Shown here piece after piece: positions 1 to 14,890 of a stretch of DNA of 64,000 bases. Position 1 is the stretch's first letter. Every line of letters starts with the position of its first letter. Made by a program: the position numbers and the translations under genes. Source of the DNA: the human T2T-CHM13v2.0 reference genome, Homo sapiens. The stretch lies in NCBI RefSeq assembly GCF_009914755.1, contig NC_060925.1; one strand, 5' to 3'. The notes below the pieces were generated by a model. That model worked only from the letters and a program-made list of their open reading frames with translations, made no database searches and was not told where the DNA came from.

Positions 1-229
1 GATGTGTTACTTTCATTTTATAAGTGAGGAAACATTGTTAACTCTTAGCCCTGGTTGTCTGGCTCATGATTCAGTGTTTTTTCCATTAACATATAACTGA
101 ACGCATGTTCAAGATGTAAGTGCTAGTCAGGATGCCTGTATATATATAAATACATAGCTGTGTGTACAGGAAAAAAAGACTGAAAAGATATGGTGTTGAT
201 GTGGTAATAATAATAGCTGTTACATTTTC

Positions 230-380
230 ACCTCAGTTTCTGGGTGTATTGTCTCATTTAATCCCTATACCTCTTTGAGGTAGGGCTTATGGCTTATTAT
301 TATTCCCATTTTATAGATAAGGAAACGGAGGCACAGAGACTTTAACGACTTAACCAAGATAACCAAGCTACTAAGTGGCC
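230..380 (-). mobile_element. MIR remnant
   Basis: cccattttatagataaggaaacggaggcacagag core. Confidence 0.75.
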
Positions 381-493
381 AGGGGTTTATTAGTTTTATC
401 TTTTAAAATAACCAACTTATTCAGGCCTGTATTATGGCCGAGGCATACTCTCAGCCAATAGACCACCTGTTCTTATAAAGAGGATATGTTCTG

Positions 494-788
494 GGCTGGG
501 CACGCTCACACCTGTAATCCCAGCACTTTGGGAGGCCAAGACGGGTGGATCACATGAGGCCGGGAGTTTGAGACCAGTCTGGCCAACATGGTGAAACCCC
601 ATCTCTCCTAAAAATACAAAAAATAGCTGGGCGTTGTGGCACGTGCCCGTAATCCCAGCTACTCGGGAGGCTGAGGCATGAGAATCTCACTTGAGGCCAG
701 GAGGTGGAGTTTGTAGTGAGCTGAAATTGTGCCACTGTACTCCAGCCTGGGCAACACAGCAAGACTCTGTCTCAAAAAAAAAAAAAAA
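494..788 (+). mobile_element. Alu (full length)
   Basis: Alu dimer, A-tail, tatgttctg TSD. Confidence 0.95.
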
Positions 789-789
789 G

Positions 790-1240
790 TATGTTCTGTG
801 GTTTTTGGGTGCAGTCATATTCTATAAATGTTTAATTGATTTTTCTCTGATTGTCGGTTTCCTATATCATTGACTTATGCTTTTTATTTTCTTCCTTCTA
901 CTTCAGATTTAATTTACTTTTCTTTTTCCAGCTTCTTAAGGTGGAAGCTTTCAATTACTGATTTTTAAGTCTTTATTGCTTTCTAAAGTCGTGGTGTAAA
1001 TTTCTCTCTAAGCATAGTTTTAAGTGTATCCCACAAATTTTAATGTATTATGTCTTCCTTATCATTTTAGTGAAAATATTTTTCTGTTTCCCTTGTGATT
1101 TCTTCTGACCTAGGGGTTATTTAGAAGTGTGTAGTTTACTTTCCAAATATTTGGGGATTTTCCATTATCTTCTTGTTACTGACTTCCAGTTTAACTCCAT
1201 GGTGGTCATAGAATATGCTCTGTATGATTTTAATTGTTTT
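790..1240 (-). mobile_element. Old L1 (L1M-type) ORF2 remnant
   Basis: T-rich antisense L1-like motifs (ttcttaaggtggaagc, ttatttagaagtgtg). Confidence 0.6.
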
Positions 1241-1333
1241 ATAAACTCACGAAACTTTTGGGAACCTGAGGTTATTTGGTGGTAAAATTAGGGAATTAAT
1301 TATCCTCTGAGTCAGTTTTCCTTCCTCTTTCAG

Positions 1334-1516
1334 GTGAGAGATCAAGCCCAGCGCTGTTCACGGGTTCTCCTGGATATTGAGGCTGGTGCTCCCGTTCTCT
1401 TGATCCCAGAAAGTTCCAGATCAAATAATCTGATTGTAGCAAATTTGGGGAAGTTGAAAGTCAAAAATAAGTTTCTGTTTGCTGGTTTTCCTGGCACCTT
1501 TTCCCTACAAGATAAG
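1334..1516 (+). CDS. VPS13D: VPS13D exon A, 183 nt, phase 0-0 (VRDQAQRCSRVLLDIEAGAPVLLIP...SLQDK)
   Basis: ctctttcag acceptor, AAG|gtgagc donor, open frame. Confidence 0.95.
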
Positions 1517-1638
1517 GTGAGCAATCAGTATCCATTTCCTTTTCCGTTCAGCTAGTATTTGATCACTAATTGAAAAATTTGTATGCTGCTGTAAGATGAT
1601 CCATAATTGCTATTACTTTTGTAGGGTATGTGGCTTGA

Positions 1639-1815
1639 AGAATTTTTTTTGGCATTTTATTGATATTTCAGTTAACCTTATGAATTGAGGTAGTGTAAAT
1701 TATAACTCTTAGTAAATGTAGGTAGTAGAATTTTTTTTGACATTTTATTGATATTTCAATTAACCTTATGAATTGAGGTAGTGTAAATTATAACTCTTAG
1801 TAAATGTAGGTAGTA
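1639..1815. repeat. 88-bp tandem duplication (2 copies)
   Basis: 1639-1726 vs 1727-1814, two G/A substitutions. Confidence 0.95.
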
Positions 1816-2033
1816 ACTTGTTTTAGCAAACAAACCAATGGAATCAACCTTCCATCTTTTTATAATGCTTTCTTTATATAAAAGCATTCCTTCTATAATA
1901 TAAACGTTTTAGACTCTGTGGCTTTTTTCAGAGGACGTGATTGGCCCGTGGTTTACTTGAAGCCATTTAAAAATGTCTTAATAATAACATCTGTACAGTA
2001 TATTGCTTTACAGTTTTAAATTACTGTGGCACC

Positions 2034-2779
<746 letters not shown>

Positions 2780-3279
2780 TAGGATGAGGACTGTTGTTAT
2801 TTGTGTTTTACATTGGGGAAACTAGGATTCTTTGAGAATAAACAGTAAAAATGGAAACACCTAGTAATTCACAGACCCTTAAAGCTGAGAGGACCTTTTA
2901 GATGGTCCGATTAGTCCCCCTTCATCCATTTTTGCATTTGAGGAGACTGAGTGACATTTCTGGAACCAGAAATGAGGCCTTGTCATTCTTGGTGTGTGTT
3001 TTCATCATTCCTTGCTGGTTTCCACAGCAGCTCTTCAGTCTATTTGCTTATTCCTTGCAAACTCGTTTTAGTGTGTCAGAAAAGCACTTACTGAAATTCC
3101 CAGCTACTTATGCCTATTTTTAGTATAATAGCTAATAACGTAGGGAGAGAGATGGCCTTTGAGATGTATGTAAGATTTGATTGTAAGATTTAAAAACTGC
3201 CGAAAATAGCAATACATAGCTGCCATTTGCTGAATGCTTATTATACATCAGCCAGTGCTGTGCTCTTTACATATAAAAG

Positions 3280-4030
3280 GAAACAGCTCCCAATGCTTCT
3301 GACACCAGATGTGTTGGGTTTTCCCCCATACTAACCATTTTCCGACTGTGCAGATACCAACTTGTCTATAATTTAATTATGACATTAACCACTTGGAGTT
3401 AGCTTAAGACCCCACAGGTCCCTAAAGACTGCTCCCCACTCAGACACCAGTCACAAGTACAGGTCTCCTGTATGTCTGACAGACTAGCTATAAGCTTGGG
3501 GTTCCCACAATGCCTCCTGAGGTTCAGTAATTTGCTATAGTGGCTCATAGAACTCAGGGGAGCACATTTACTGGTTGAGCATAAAGGCTGTAATAAAGGA
3601 TACAGCCAGATGAAGAGGTGCATAGGGCGAGACCCCGCAGCGTCCCGAACACAGAAGCTTTTGTGCCATGGAATTGGGGTGCTCCATCTCCTGGACTGCG
3701 GATGTATTCACCAACCTGATATCTCTCTGGACCCCATTGTTTAGGCTTTTAATGGAGTCCCCATTACATGGGCATAATTAATTAAATCATTGGCCATTTG
3801 TGATTAGACTCAATCTCTAGCCCCGCTGCTCTCCCTGGAGGCCTGGGCACTGAAACTGAAAGTTCCAACCCTCTAATCACACGGTTGCCTGTACTTCCAG
3901 CAACCCCCGTTCTAAAGCTATTTAAGGGTTTTTAGCCACCAGTTATCTCGTTAACATACACAAGGACATTTTATCACTCTGGAGATTCCAAGGGTCTTGG
4001 AAACTCTTGTGTCAGGGACTAAGACCAAAT
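3280..4030 (-). mobile_element. MER21-family LTR
   Basis: cttctgacaccag..., aagactgctccccactcagacaccag, ggcataattaattaaatcattggcc motifs. Confidence 0.75.
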
Positions 4031-4383
4031 ACAGTTATGGTCCCTTAGCTACAGGGAGATACTTGGAAGAATGATGCATCCTTAGGTGATTTCCTTGCTC
4101 TGTGATCATCATAGAGTGTCCTTACAAAACCGAAATGGCTTAGCTTACTGCACACCTAGGCTCTGTGCTATAGCCTGTTGCTCCTAGAATACAAGCCTGT
4201 ACAGCACAGTACTGTGTTGAATACTGTAGGCAGTTGTAACACCATGGTTAAGTATTTGTGTATCTGAACATATCTAAATATAGAAAAGATACAATAAAAA
4301 TGCTGCATTATAATCTTACGGGAGCATCATAGTATATGTGGTCTGTGGTTGACTGAAATGGCATTATGCGGTGCACAACTGTA
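4030..4383. mobile_element. Tigger3/Golem-type DNA transposon relic
   Basis: tacagttatg...gcacaactgta ends; cacacctaggct..tatagcctgttgctcctag core. Confidence 0.75.
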
Positions 4384-6638
4384 TTTATTTGTGGTAAATC
4401 TTTACTTTGAGGCCATACTAAAATTTTTAGGAGGAAATCAGTTCTAGCCAGATTGTGTGACCAAGTTCACCAGGACCATTTTTGTTTCTCTATCCTTCCT
4501 AAAAAGGTACTGGCCAGAGTTTCCTTATCAGATATATCTATGTATGGGTTTACCAGCAGGCCCTGAAGTTAGCCTCGGCAGAAGAATTGCCAAGATACTG
4601 AAGACATTTTTGCAAAAGGGTTCCTATTTTTTAAGTCAAATAATAGCACAGAGTTTGTAGTGTTTTAATGAAAAAAATTTCCCTGTATTTGTTTTTGAGG
4701 ATTTGATTTTAAGTGGCAGTGCATACAAGGAGCGCTTTTTCTTCAAGGTATAATGTGCTTTTTTTGCAACCTGACTATTCTGAAAAACCTTATGGGATTC
4801 AGCAGTCAATCCACATTCACATGCTTTAAAAAGAAAATTAAAACCAACCCTTTAAAATATCTCATTACTTGAGAAAGCCTGCTTATTAACTTTTTTTTTT
4901 AAGTGTTTGAATTACTTTCATACTATGTAAAGATGTTGTTCTTAAGGCCCATTGAAAAGAATTCCTTTTTTTTTTTTTTTTTTTAGCCTTCACTAGTACG
5001 TTCTTGGTGATCTTATTTTATATCCTTAAATCTTAGAAAAACTATCTTACTGGGTACCAGTGATTGTTCTGTAGAATTCCATAAGGGCTGTTTGGAGTGT
5101 GTTGCTTGTTCAAGTATTTGTAAGCAGATAAACACATCTGTGAAGTTCACCTCCCCATGCATACAGTTAAATATAATTGATTACAGTCTATATGAAATGA
5201 ATAATTACCTTCTTCACCAGCCATCATTTTGTATTTGCATTTGCCTTTGAATACATTTGCATGTGTGAGGTTTGTCTAATATGCATTCCAGTGGTTAAAG
5301 AACAGGAAATAATCCTGAAATCAAAGCTTGGAGACGGGTTATTTGCCCTTGAGTTCCAGGACTCCTGTGTGTTTGGAATTGTTTTACATAAATCCATGTC
5401 TTAATGAGTACAAGATTGAGTTTTTTTGCATATGCTTTTATTTCACTTTTCTCAACCATAGCTTATGCTTAAACCACAATTTCTAAGTCAAAATCTTTGA
5501 AAAGCTTTGGGTTAATCTTCTCAAGCCACTGATTTATTTAAACCAACTACAGAGAGGATGTAGAGATGAATCAAATGAAAGGGCAACAAACACTTTACAG
5601 AGTTTAAATAAACTAAGTGAGAGGGAAAGGTTTTAATGTTGAAATACTTAAATAATGACATTTACCTAGTAATCTGCCTTGCAAAAAAATAAAAAAATTG
5701 CAGAAAGCAAGAACTAGTTTCTTTTACTTGTAATTACTACTTGAGAGAACTGTGAAAGGGAGCAGTGTTTTTGTATTCTTTTCCAAAGCTGAGAGGAGTC
5801 AACATAAAGGCAGCCCTAGAGGGAGAGCCATCCTTCCTCTCTTCCCAGATTCGGTTGAGAATGGCAAGATGGGAACCATGATGCTACGGGAGCTGTGCAG
5901 ACATGTAGCTCCGAGGCCTCCATGAAGAAGCCCTGGGAAGCTTAAAAGTCAATTATTGAATTGTTCTGGTGAAATAGATTTTCCTCTGTTAGCAGTTAAC
6001 CGAATGAAGGTACTAAGTGTGTAAGAAAAGAGTAGTATTTTCAATAGAATTACTGAATCATTTTATTCTCTGTTAGCCCTTCTTAATTTGTATGTCCTTG
6101 AGCAGAAACATCATAGGAATGGCTGGCCTCTTTTGTTTTCATTTCTACAGTTACTTAGATGGGAAATGTAAACCCATGAGGGGAGACATCTAGAAGGTAC
6201 AAACACATTGGAGCCATGTTGCCATTAGATGTCTTTTCTTAAAACAATATGCCCCTCCCCAAAAGCAAAGCAACAAACTGTCATATAGCTGAGAGACTTG
6301 CTTTTGCTGCATTTGACCTTGATTAAACCACTTGAAGCAATTGGCATCTTCACATTTGCTCTTGAGCCAAAAGATGGTATCTTCCTGCAGAAGTTTTCAG
6401 CAAGTATTGAACTATATGTAACATCTCTGCTGATAATTTTTTGTGGCAGTAAATGTCGTGATCCTGGTAGCCTCTTGTTTATGGGATCTGGGAGGCTGAG
6501 GGAAGTATAAGTATTATAGAGTCTTTGAAGACCCTAGGGACTGGGATAGGACTTTGGAGATATTAAAGATAGAGTCCCACCACCAGTGCTGCCCCCTTCC
6601 CATTTCCTGCATTCTAGTTTTATTTTGTTCCTTCCCAG

Positions 6639-6861
6639 GAATCTGTGCCTTCAGCTTCCCCAACGGGTATTCCCAAACACAGTCTGAGGAAAACGACAAG
6701 CACGGAGGAGCCCAGGGGAACCCATTCCCAGGGGCAGTTCACGATGCCTCTTGCTGGAATGAGCCTAGGAAGCCTGAAGAGTGAGTTTGTGCCCAGTACC
6801 TCCACCAAGCAGCAAGGGCCGCAACCCACACTGTCTGTTGGCCAAGAGTCCAGTAGTCCAG
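6639..6861 (+). CDS. VPS13D: VPS13D exon B, 223 nt, phase 0-1 (ESVPSASPTGIPKH...QESSSP)
   Basis: cttcccag acceptor, CAG|gtaaaa donor, phase matches neighbours. Confidence 0.93.
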
Positions 6862-7408
6862 GTAAAAGAGGAGAAAAGCAACATAATACTGAAGGTGGGG
6901 AAATTCACAGGACTGTTGAGGAAACTGAGGGGGGTGGGCATTGTGTTCAAGCAAATGTTAACGAAGAGATAGCATTTCTTTAACGATGATGAGATTCTGA
7001 TTTTGCTTTACAAGGTTTAAGAGTTTTGGGTGTAGATTTATCATTGGATGACTTGTAAAGTAGGGTTAAATTAGCACGATATAGTGTAATTAAAGAGATT
7101 TTTAGATAGCCTATTAGGACTTTTTTCTTATAGGTGAAAATAGTTGCCACCAGATAGTGATAGTATAAGTAGAAAGAGTCCTGCATTCTGCAAGCCACTA
7201 CCCAGACACTGTCCTTGCAAACCACTAAGTCTAAAAAATATAAAAGAACACATTAAAAAATATTAGCGTAAATTAGGCAACAACAGAAATGCTGTAGCAC
7301 AGAGTTTAAAAGACATGAACCATCTGGTTATTGGTGTTCTTCTCTCCAATATAAGAATTAGTCATTCCAAATGAGAACATTATTTTGGAGGCTTTTCTGG
7401 TTTTATGT

Positions 7409-7722
7409 ATTTTTTTTTTCCCCTCAAGACAGGGTCTCTCACTGTCTCCCAGGCTAGAGTGCAGTGTTGTGATGATGGCTTACTGCAGCACTGACCTCCT
7501 GAGCTCACTCGATCCTCCCACCTCAGCCTCCTGAGTAGCTGGGACTACAGGCATGTGTCATCACGCTCAGCTAATTTTTGTGTGTGTGTGTTTGTGTGTT
7601 TTGTAGAGATGGGGTTTTGCTATGTTGCTCAGGCTGGGTCTTAAACTCCCGAGCTCAAGTGATCCTCCTGCCTCAGCCTCCCGAAGTGCTGGGGTTACAG
7701 GCATGAGCCCCCGGGCCTGGCC
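7409..7722 (-). mobile_element. Alu (old, AluJ-like)
   Basis: antisense dimer with central TG run. Confidence 0.92.
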
Positions 7723-8018
7723 TCTTTTCTGTTGTTAAATGTGTTCTGGATGAGTCATGTGCCCGATAAGTGGGAGCTGCTCTGAGCTGCTAGAGACGGA
7801 GGCAGAATATGATGAGCTGCAAAGATCAGTCCAGTGTGATGAGACTTTGCAAGATGCAGGACACTAGCTGAGAGAGGCTGCTGAGTGTCTTGTTACATAG
7901 ATCCGAGGAATTGTTAGCTCTCTCTGGTACCTTATAGTCCTAGAGGTGACAGGAAAGTGGTTTTAATTGTGTTGATCATTTAACAAGATAATTTTCATCC
8001 CCGTAGTAGTAGTTGTGA

Positions 8019-8363
<345 letters not shown>

Positions 8364-8831
8364 CGATTTCACAGATGAAGAGGCAAAGGCTTGCAGAGAT
8401 TGGGTAACCTGACCTGCCCAAGGTTATGAGGTAGTAATGGAAGAGTTGGACTACGAATTTTGGCAGTCTGACTCCAGAACCGAATTGTAACTGAACATGA
8501 TACTGCTTGCCAGTCTGTCTGCATGCACATCTAGAACACAGAGGGGGCTGCACCTGAGGGCCACTCGGCATATGGTGCTTGCCGCCACTGATGTTATGAC
8601 GTCTGTGATGATTAGGAACAAGGCCAGTCTTACATATGTATTGGTGGATGCCTTTAAGAAGTGATTTGGGATGTTTTATAGAAAGAATGTCTCTTTTTTA
8701 ACAGTATATCTCCTACTGATTTGCTATTTGTTTCTGAAATTTCACTATTAATGATACATTGTCTTGGATTAAGACAGTGGTTTTCACACTGTTTCCATGT
8801 AATCCTAGGATTCCATAGCAGTACCCTAGAG

Positions 8832-9127
8832 CAGCAGTCCCCAACCTTTTTGGCATCAGGGACCAGTTTCATGGAAGACAATTTTTCCACAGACAGGGTT
8901 GGGGATGGTTTCAGGATGAAACTGTTCCACCGCAGATCATCAGGCATTAGATTCTCATAAGGAGCACACAATCTAGATCCTTCTCTTAGGCAATTCCCAA
9001 TAGGGTTTGCACCCCAATGAAAATCTAATCCCACCGCTGATCTGACAGTAGGCAGAGCTCAGGTGGTAATGCTCGCTGACCTCCTACTGTGAGTACCTGT
9101 CTGTGGCCTGGGGATTTGGGACCCCTG
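8832..9127. mobile_element. MER1B-like hAT-Charlie MITE
   Basis: cagcagtccccaacc...ggggacccctg TIRs; 8-bp TSD ccctagag/ccctggag. Confidence 0.85.
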
Positions 9128-9627
9128 CCCTGGAGAATCTCCAAAGCCTGCTTCATTCACTTTCCTTACCCCCTTCTAGCAGATCAGCTCTACTTTTATC
9201 TATTCCATGTATTTATCAATGTAAGTAACTAATAAAAAACTAATTTTTTCAGTGCCCACGTAATGCCAGGTGTTATGATATTTTATTCCCTAGTATATTA
9301 ACATGCTGTTAGACATGGCTCCTCCTACAGTGCTACTTATAGACTAATGAAAAAGACATTGAGCATTTAAATATTGATAGATTATAATAAATGTTATCAT
9401 GGAAAAGACAGAAGAAGAGAGAAGACTGAATTTAGATGAGAGGGGCGGGCCATGCCACCTGTAAGGCTGTTGAAGCAGCAAAGAGCTTGGCATTTTGGGG
9501 GTAACAAAGGACAGTAAGCCTGAGGCCTAGTGAGCAGGAGAGAGAATGGCTTGAAATGAGCTTGGGAAAGAAGGCAGTGGGCTTGTGCAGGGCCTTGTAG
9601 GGATTTGGGGGAGTTTTACAGAAATAA

Positions 9628-9943
<316 letters not shown>

Positions 9944-10563
9944 TAACCGTAGCCAGTAAGTGTATAAAATAAGTGAATGTTATGGACTGTTTATTTTTTT
10001 AAGGATTACTCAGGTATTTGGTGGGGAGAGTGGTTTTGTGAGGGCTAGAATGGAATTATGTAGGCCTAATGGAGGAGAGTTCTTTTTGGTCTAGGCAAGA
10101 ATGAAGGTGGTTTGGATCTGGTCAGTGGAAATGGACGTGGTTACATGTGGCAGTATTTGTTTGAAAAAATAATTTTAGTGCTGGAGAAAGTTTGTAAACC
10201 TTTTGGTAGCATTGTGCGTGGGGAGGGATTGCCTATGGAGTCAGATTTCGTCATCAATCCCCCAGCCTCAGTTGTTGTCACAGCATGGGCATGAGACACC
10301 GTAGAACTGTGACGCGGTCTGTGCTTGGAGTGGAGGCGGGTGGGCAGGGTGTGTCGAGCACATGGAGCTTTGCATAAGGAGGTCTGGCTGCCATAGTGGA
10401 GACTCCTGGACAGCCAGTTTTCTGAGTAGTGGACAGTGTGGGGAAGCAGGCAGCTGTAAACATTTTCAAAGACAGAATGAGCTTTGCATTTTTTATTTGT
10501 TTAGTGCAACCCCTTTTTGGGTCCCCTTTTCTTCATTACCTCTCTTTCCTTGGGTCCTTGTAG

Positions 10564-10774
10564 AAGACCATGTCTGCCTGCTGGATTGCGTTGTCGTGGA
10601 TCTCCAGGACATGGACATCTTTGCTGCAGAGAGACATCCGAGAGAATACTCGAAGGCACCAGAGGATAGTAGTGGAGATCTGATCTTCCCTTCCTATTTT
10701 GTGCGACAGACAGGAGGAAGCCTCTTAACCGAGCCTTGTAGGCTGAAATTGCAGGTGGAAAGGAATTTGGACAA
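10564..10774 (+). CDS. VPS13D: VPS13D exon C, 211 nt, phase 1-2 (EDHVCLLDCVVVDLQDM...VERNLDK)
   Basis: ccttgtag acceptor (NAGNAG), CAA|gtgagt donor. Confidence 0.94.
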
Positions 10775-10781
10775 GTGAGTG

Positions 10782-11077
10782 TTTTTTTTTTTTTTTGAGA
10801 TGGAGTCTCGCTCTGTTCACCAGGCAGGGTGGAGTGCAGTGGCGCAATCTTGGCTCACTGCAACCTCCACCTCTGAGGTTCAAGTGATTCTCCTCAGCCT
10901 CAGCCTCCCAAGTAGCTGGGATTACAGGCACATGCTACCATGCCCGGCTAATTTTTGTATTTTTAGTAGAGATGGGGTTTTACCATGTTGTGGTCTTGAA
11001 CTCCTGACCTCAGGTGTTCTGCCTGCCTCAGCCTCCCAAAGTGCTGGGATTACAGGCGTGAGCCACCATGCCCAGCC
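10782..11077 (-). mobile_element. Alu abutting the exon C donor
   Basis: poly-T begins at intron +8. Confidence 0.95.
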
Positions 11078-11303
11078 AATGTTTTATATCTGAATAACTG
11101 TCTATGATAAGTAGAATCTTAACGTGGAAATCAGTGCTATTAAGATAAGTTTGGAAGAACTAGTTATTCACTTATTTCTTCGTCTATTTAACAAATGTTT
11201 ATTGAGTCCCTACTATGTGCTGAACATGAGGGCTACTGTGATGAAAGAGAAAACTAATTCCTTTGAAGGAACTTATGTTTTGTTGAGGGATACAGGTAGT
11301 TAA

Positions 11304-11596
<293 letters not shown>

Positions 11597-11613
11597 ATGC
11601 CCGCCTTGGCATA

Positions 11614-11930
<317 letters not shown>

Positions 11931-12883
11931 TTATTATTTGTATAGAGCATGATTTGAATCTCTTTTTGGCCACTCCCTTCACAGTTCTTGGTTTGGGCAA
12001 GTCATTTAATGTCACTTTTTTAGTTTCTTTCTGGATTAATGATACAACTTAGCTGTTCTCACTGGGATGTTTGTGTTTCAGTCTTACGTGTTATTCAAGT
12101 GCTCCCTGGCTGGTGTTCAGTTATGGTTGGCATGGGCTATATTTGGTTTTACTGGCTAAGCAGTCTTAAGAGGAGCTTCGTTATTTAGAAATTGAACACT
12201 TTGTTTTCTTTTCAAGCAATGCTTTCCAAAAAACAAAAAAAAAGCTTTCCTATTCAGCTTATCTAAACTTTCCCCACTCCCATCAGTGTTTCTGTGCAGA
12301 TAATTGTATTCTGTTAGGCCTGATAGAAGGTGATGCTGAATGCAAGGTGTCCTGTCAGTCTCACACTGCACACACAGCAACCCGAGATGGCACTTGGTCA
12401 GCCGTCTCTGTTTTTCTTTGTTATTGCATCATTGTCTTTTAAAACTCTGTTGTATGTCGGCTTTTCTCTGCAGACAAAATAACTTTTCTTATATACCTCT
12501 GCCATTTCAAACACTAGCCCTCTCTATACTTAGAGCATAGTGTCTGTAGGATTCACAATGCCCAGTTCACCCATGGGAGGTTAGAGAAAGCTTTTTAGTA
12601 TTGAGATGAGGTACAGATGTGTGCCCCTCCCCCTCTTCAACTTTACTTCTGTCCATCCCAGCTGAGATGACGAACCTATTCAGAGTTTATCCTCATGTCC
12701 CATCTGGGCTCAGTATGAAACACTGGTGTTTGCCTTTAGTTACCACTAAATCCAAAGAGTTAAATAAAGATCTTGGCATCTTTTCTTTATTGCTTTCCCA
12801 AGTGTAATATTTAAGCTCTTTGTGAGTCTCATGAGGTTTTCCTTATTAATAGATTAGTTACCTCATACTAGGTTTAAGGATTT

Positions 12884-13070
12884 CCCTCCCTCCATTTCTT
12901 GCTCCTTCCTTCCTTCCTTCCTTCCTTCCCTCCCTCCCTCCCTCCCTCCCTCCTTCCCTCCTTCCTTCCTTCCCTCCTTCCCTCCTTCCTTCCTTCCCTC
13001 CTTCCCTCCTTCCCTCCTTCCCTCCTTCCCTCCTTCCCTCCTTCCCTCCCTCTCTCCCTCTCTCCCTCCC
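12884..13070. repeat. (CCTT/CCCT)n polypyrimidine microsatellite
   Basis: about 190 bp almost purely C/T. Confidence 0.97.
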
Positions 13071-13364
<294 letters not shown>

Positions 13365-13586
13365 TAAATGTAAATTTTGGGAGAAAAGGGGCTTTTTGTA
13401 GTTGAAGCATGACAGTCATATTAACTTGCTTCATTTGGAGCTACATGAAATTTTTGTCATTGGAAGTAGGAATTACCTACTTGATAATGTAGGTGAGTAC
13501 ATTTTAGCCCCGTTGTTTGGGCGTGAGCTATGTCAGTGTTAAGTTAGTGACTTGTCTGTGTAAGTGATCTTTTTTCTTTTTCATAG

Positions 13587-13758
13587 AGAAATAAGTCATA
13601 CTGTGCCAGACATATCTATCCATGGCAATCTCTCCTCAGTCCACTGCTCTCTGGATCTGTATAAATACAAGCTGATCCGCGGCTTATTAGAGAACAACCT
13701 GGGAGAACCCATAGAGGAATTTATGCGGCCTTATGATTTACAAGATCCAAGAATTCAT
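13587..13758 (+). CDS. VPS13D: VPS13D exon D, 172 nt, phase 2-0 (EISHTVPDISIHG...ENNLGEP...DPRIH)
   Basis: tttttcatag acceptor, CAT|gtgagt donor, VPS13 NLGE motif. Confidence 0.95.
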
Positions 13759-13945
13759 GTGAGTGAGACCTTATGTTCTTCTGTCACTCTCATAGTCTCA
13801 GCTGACGGTCACCCTGTGTATCTATTCCTCAAACTCACTTGGAGAAAGAAGGTGGAGCAACAAGCAAATTAGATTTCTTGGCGTATGAGCCTGTTTTTAG
13901 GATGGCATCATCAGCTGTGGATTGACGAGCATTTTCCTTTTGTAG

Positions 13946-14058
13946 ACTGTCCTGAGTGGAGAAGTGTACACCTGTATGTGCTTCCTCATTGATATGGTGA
14001 ATGTAAGTCTGGAGCTTAAAGATCCAAAAAGAAAAGAAGGTGCTGGGTCCCTAGCCAG
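13946..14058 (+). CDS. VPS13D: VPS13D exon E, 113 nt, phase 0-2 (TVLSGEVYTCMCFLIDMVNVSLELKDPKRKEGAGSLAR)
   Basis: ccttttgtag acceptor, CAG|gtatgc donor; needed to keep the frame. Confidence 0.93.
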
Positions 14059-14231
14059 GTATGCCTTTGATTATATTATTATACTGTTAGTAACAGTATC
14101 CAAATAATACACATGTTTTGCATTGACACAGAGCAGAGGTTGCAGAGTGGTGGCCCACAGATGGAATGTTGTCTGCAGAGTGTCTTTTGGTTGATCTACA
14201 CAGTGCTTTTGAAAAGTTTAGATTCATGCTC

Positions 14232-14580
14232 TATCAGTCAACATAGGTTAGGTTATGCTGTAGTAACAGACAACCCCAAAGTATCAGTGACTTAAAACAG
14301 TGAAGATCTTTTTCTCCCTCATACTCTGTGACCATTGTGGGTCTGGGCTGCTCTGCTTGTTGTAGTCGCTTAGGGTGACAGAGCAGCTAGTGTTTTGATG
14401 TGCCAGCGGGAAAAATGAGCTCTGAATGGTGTTGAATGGCAACTAAATGCTCTGGCAGACTTTGTGGAACTAAAATATGGTCCCACACAGGGTGATGGAG
14501 TCAGAAAGTCCTGTCTTGCTGTGTGTCTGAGTAGTTACGGGGTGGGAGATGCAGAACCACTTGATGTGCAGCATTGATGC
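14232..14580. mobile_element. MLT1-family MaLR LTR remnant
   Basis: ataggttaggttatgctgtagtaacagacaaccccaaa..tcagtgacttaaaaca terminus. Confidence 0.7.
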
Positions 14581-14608
14581 CTTGCTGGCCAACATTTTCA
14601 AAGTTAGG

Positions 14609-14890
14609 GGCTAGGCGCAGTGGCTCAGGCCTGTAGTCCCAGCACTTTAGGAAGCCAAGGAAGGAGGATTGCTTGAGGCCAGGAATTCCAGACTGGCCTG
14701 GGCAACATAGTGAGAGACCCTGTCTCTACAAAAAATTAAAAAACTAGCTGCGCATGGTGGTGCATGCCTGTAGTCCCAGCTACTCAAGGCGTTAAGGTGA
14801 GAGAATCACTTGAACCAGGAGATTGAGGCTGCAGTGAGCCATGATCACACCACTGCACTCCAGCCTAGGTGACAGCTGAAACCTGGTCCC
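14609..14890 (+). mobile_element. Alu (AluJ-like) with degenerate tail
   Basis: sense dimer. Confidence 0.9.

Noticed and set aside
1686-1710. TGAGGTAGT let-7-like start within the 88-bp duplication
   Set aside because: Only 9 nt match and there is no complementary arm to form a pre-miRNA hairpin
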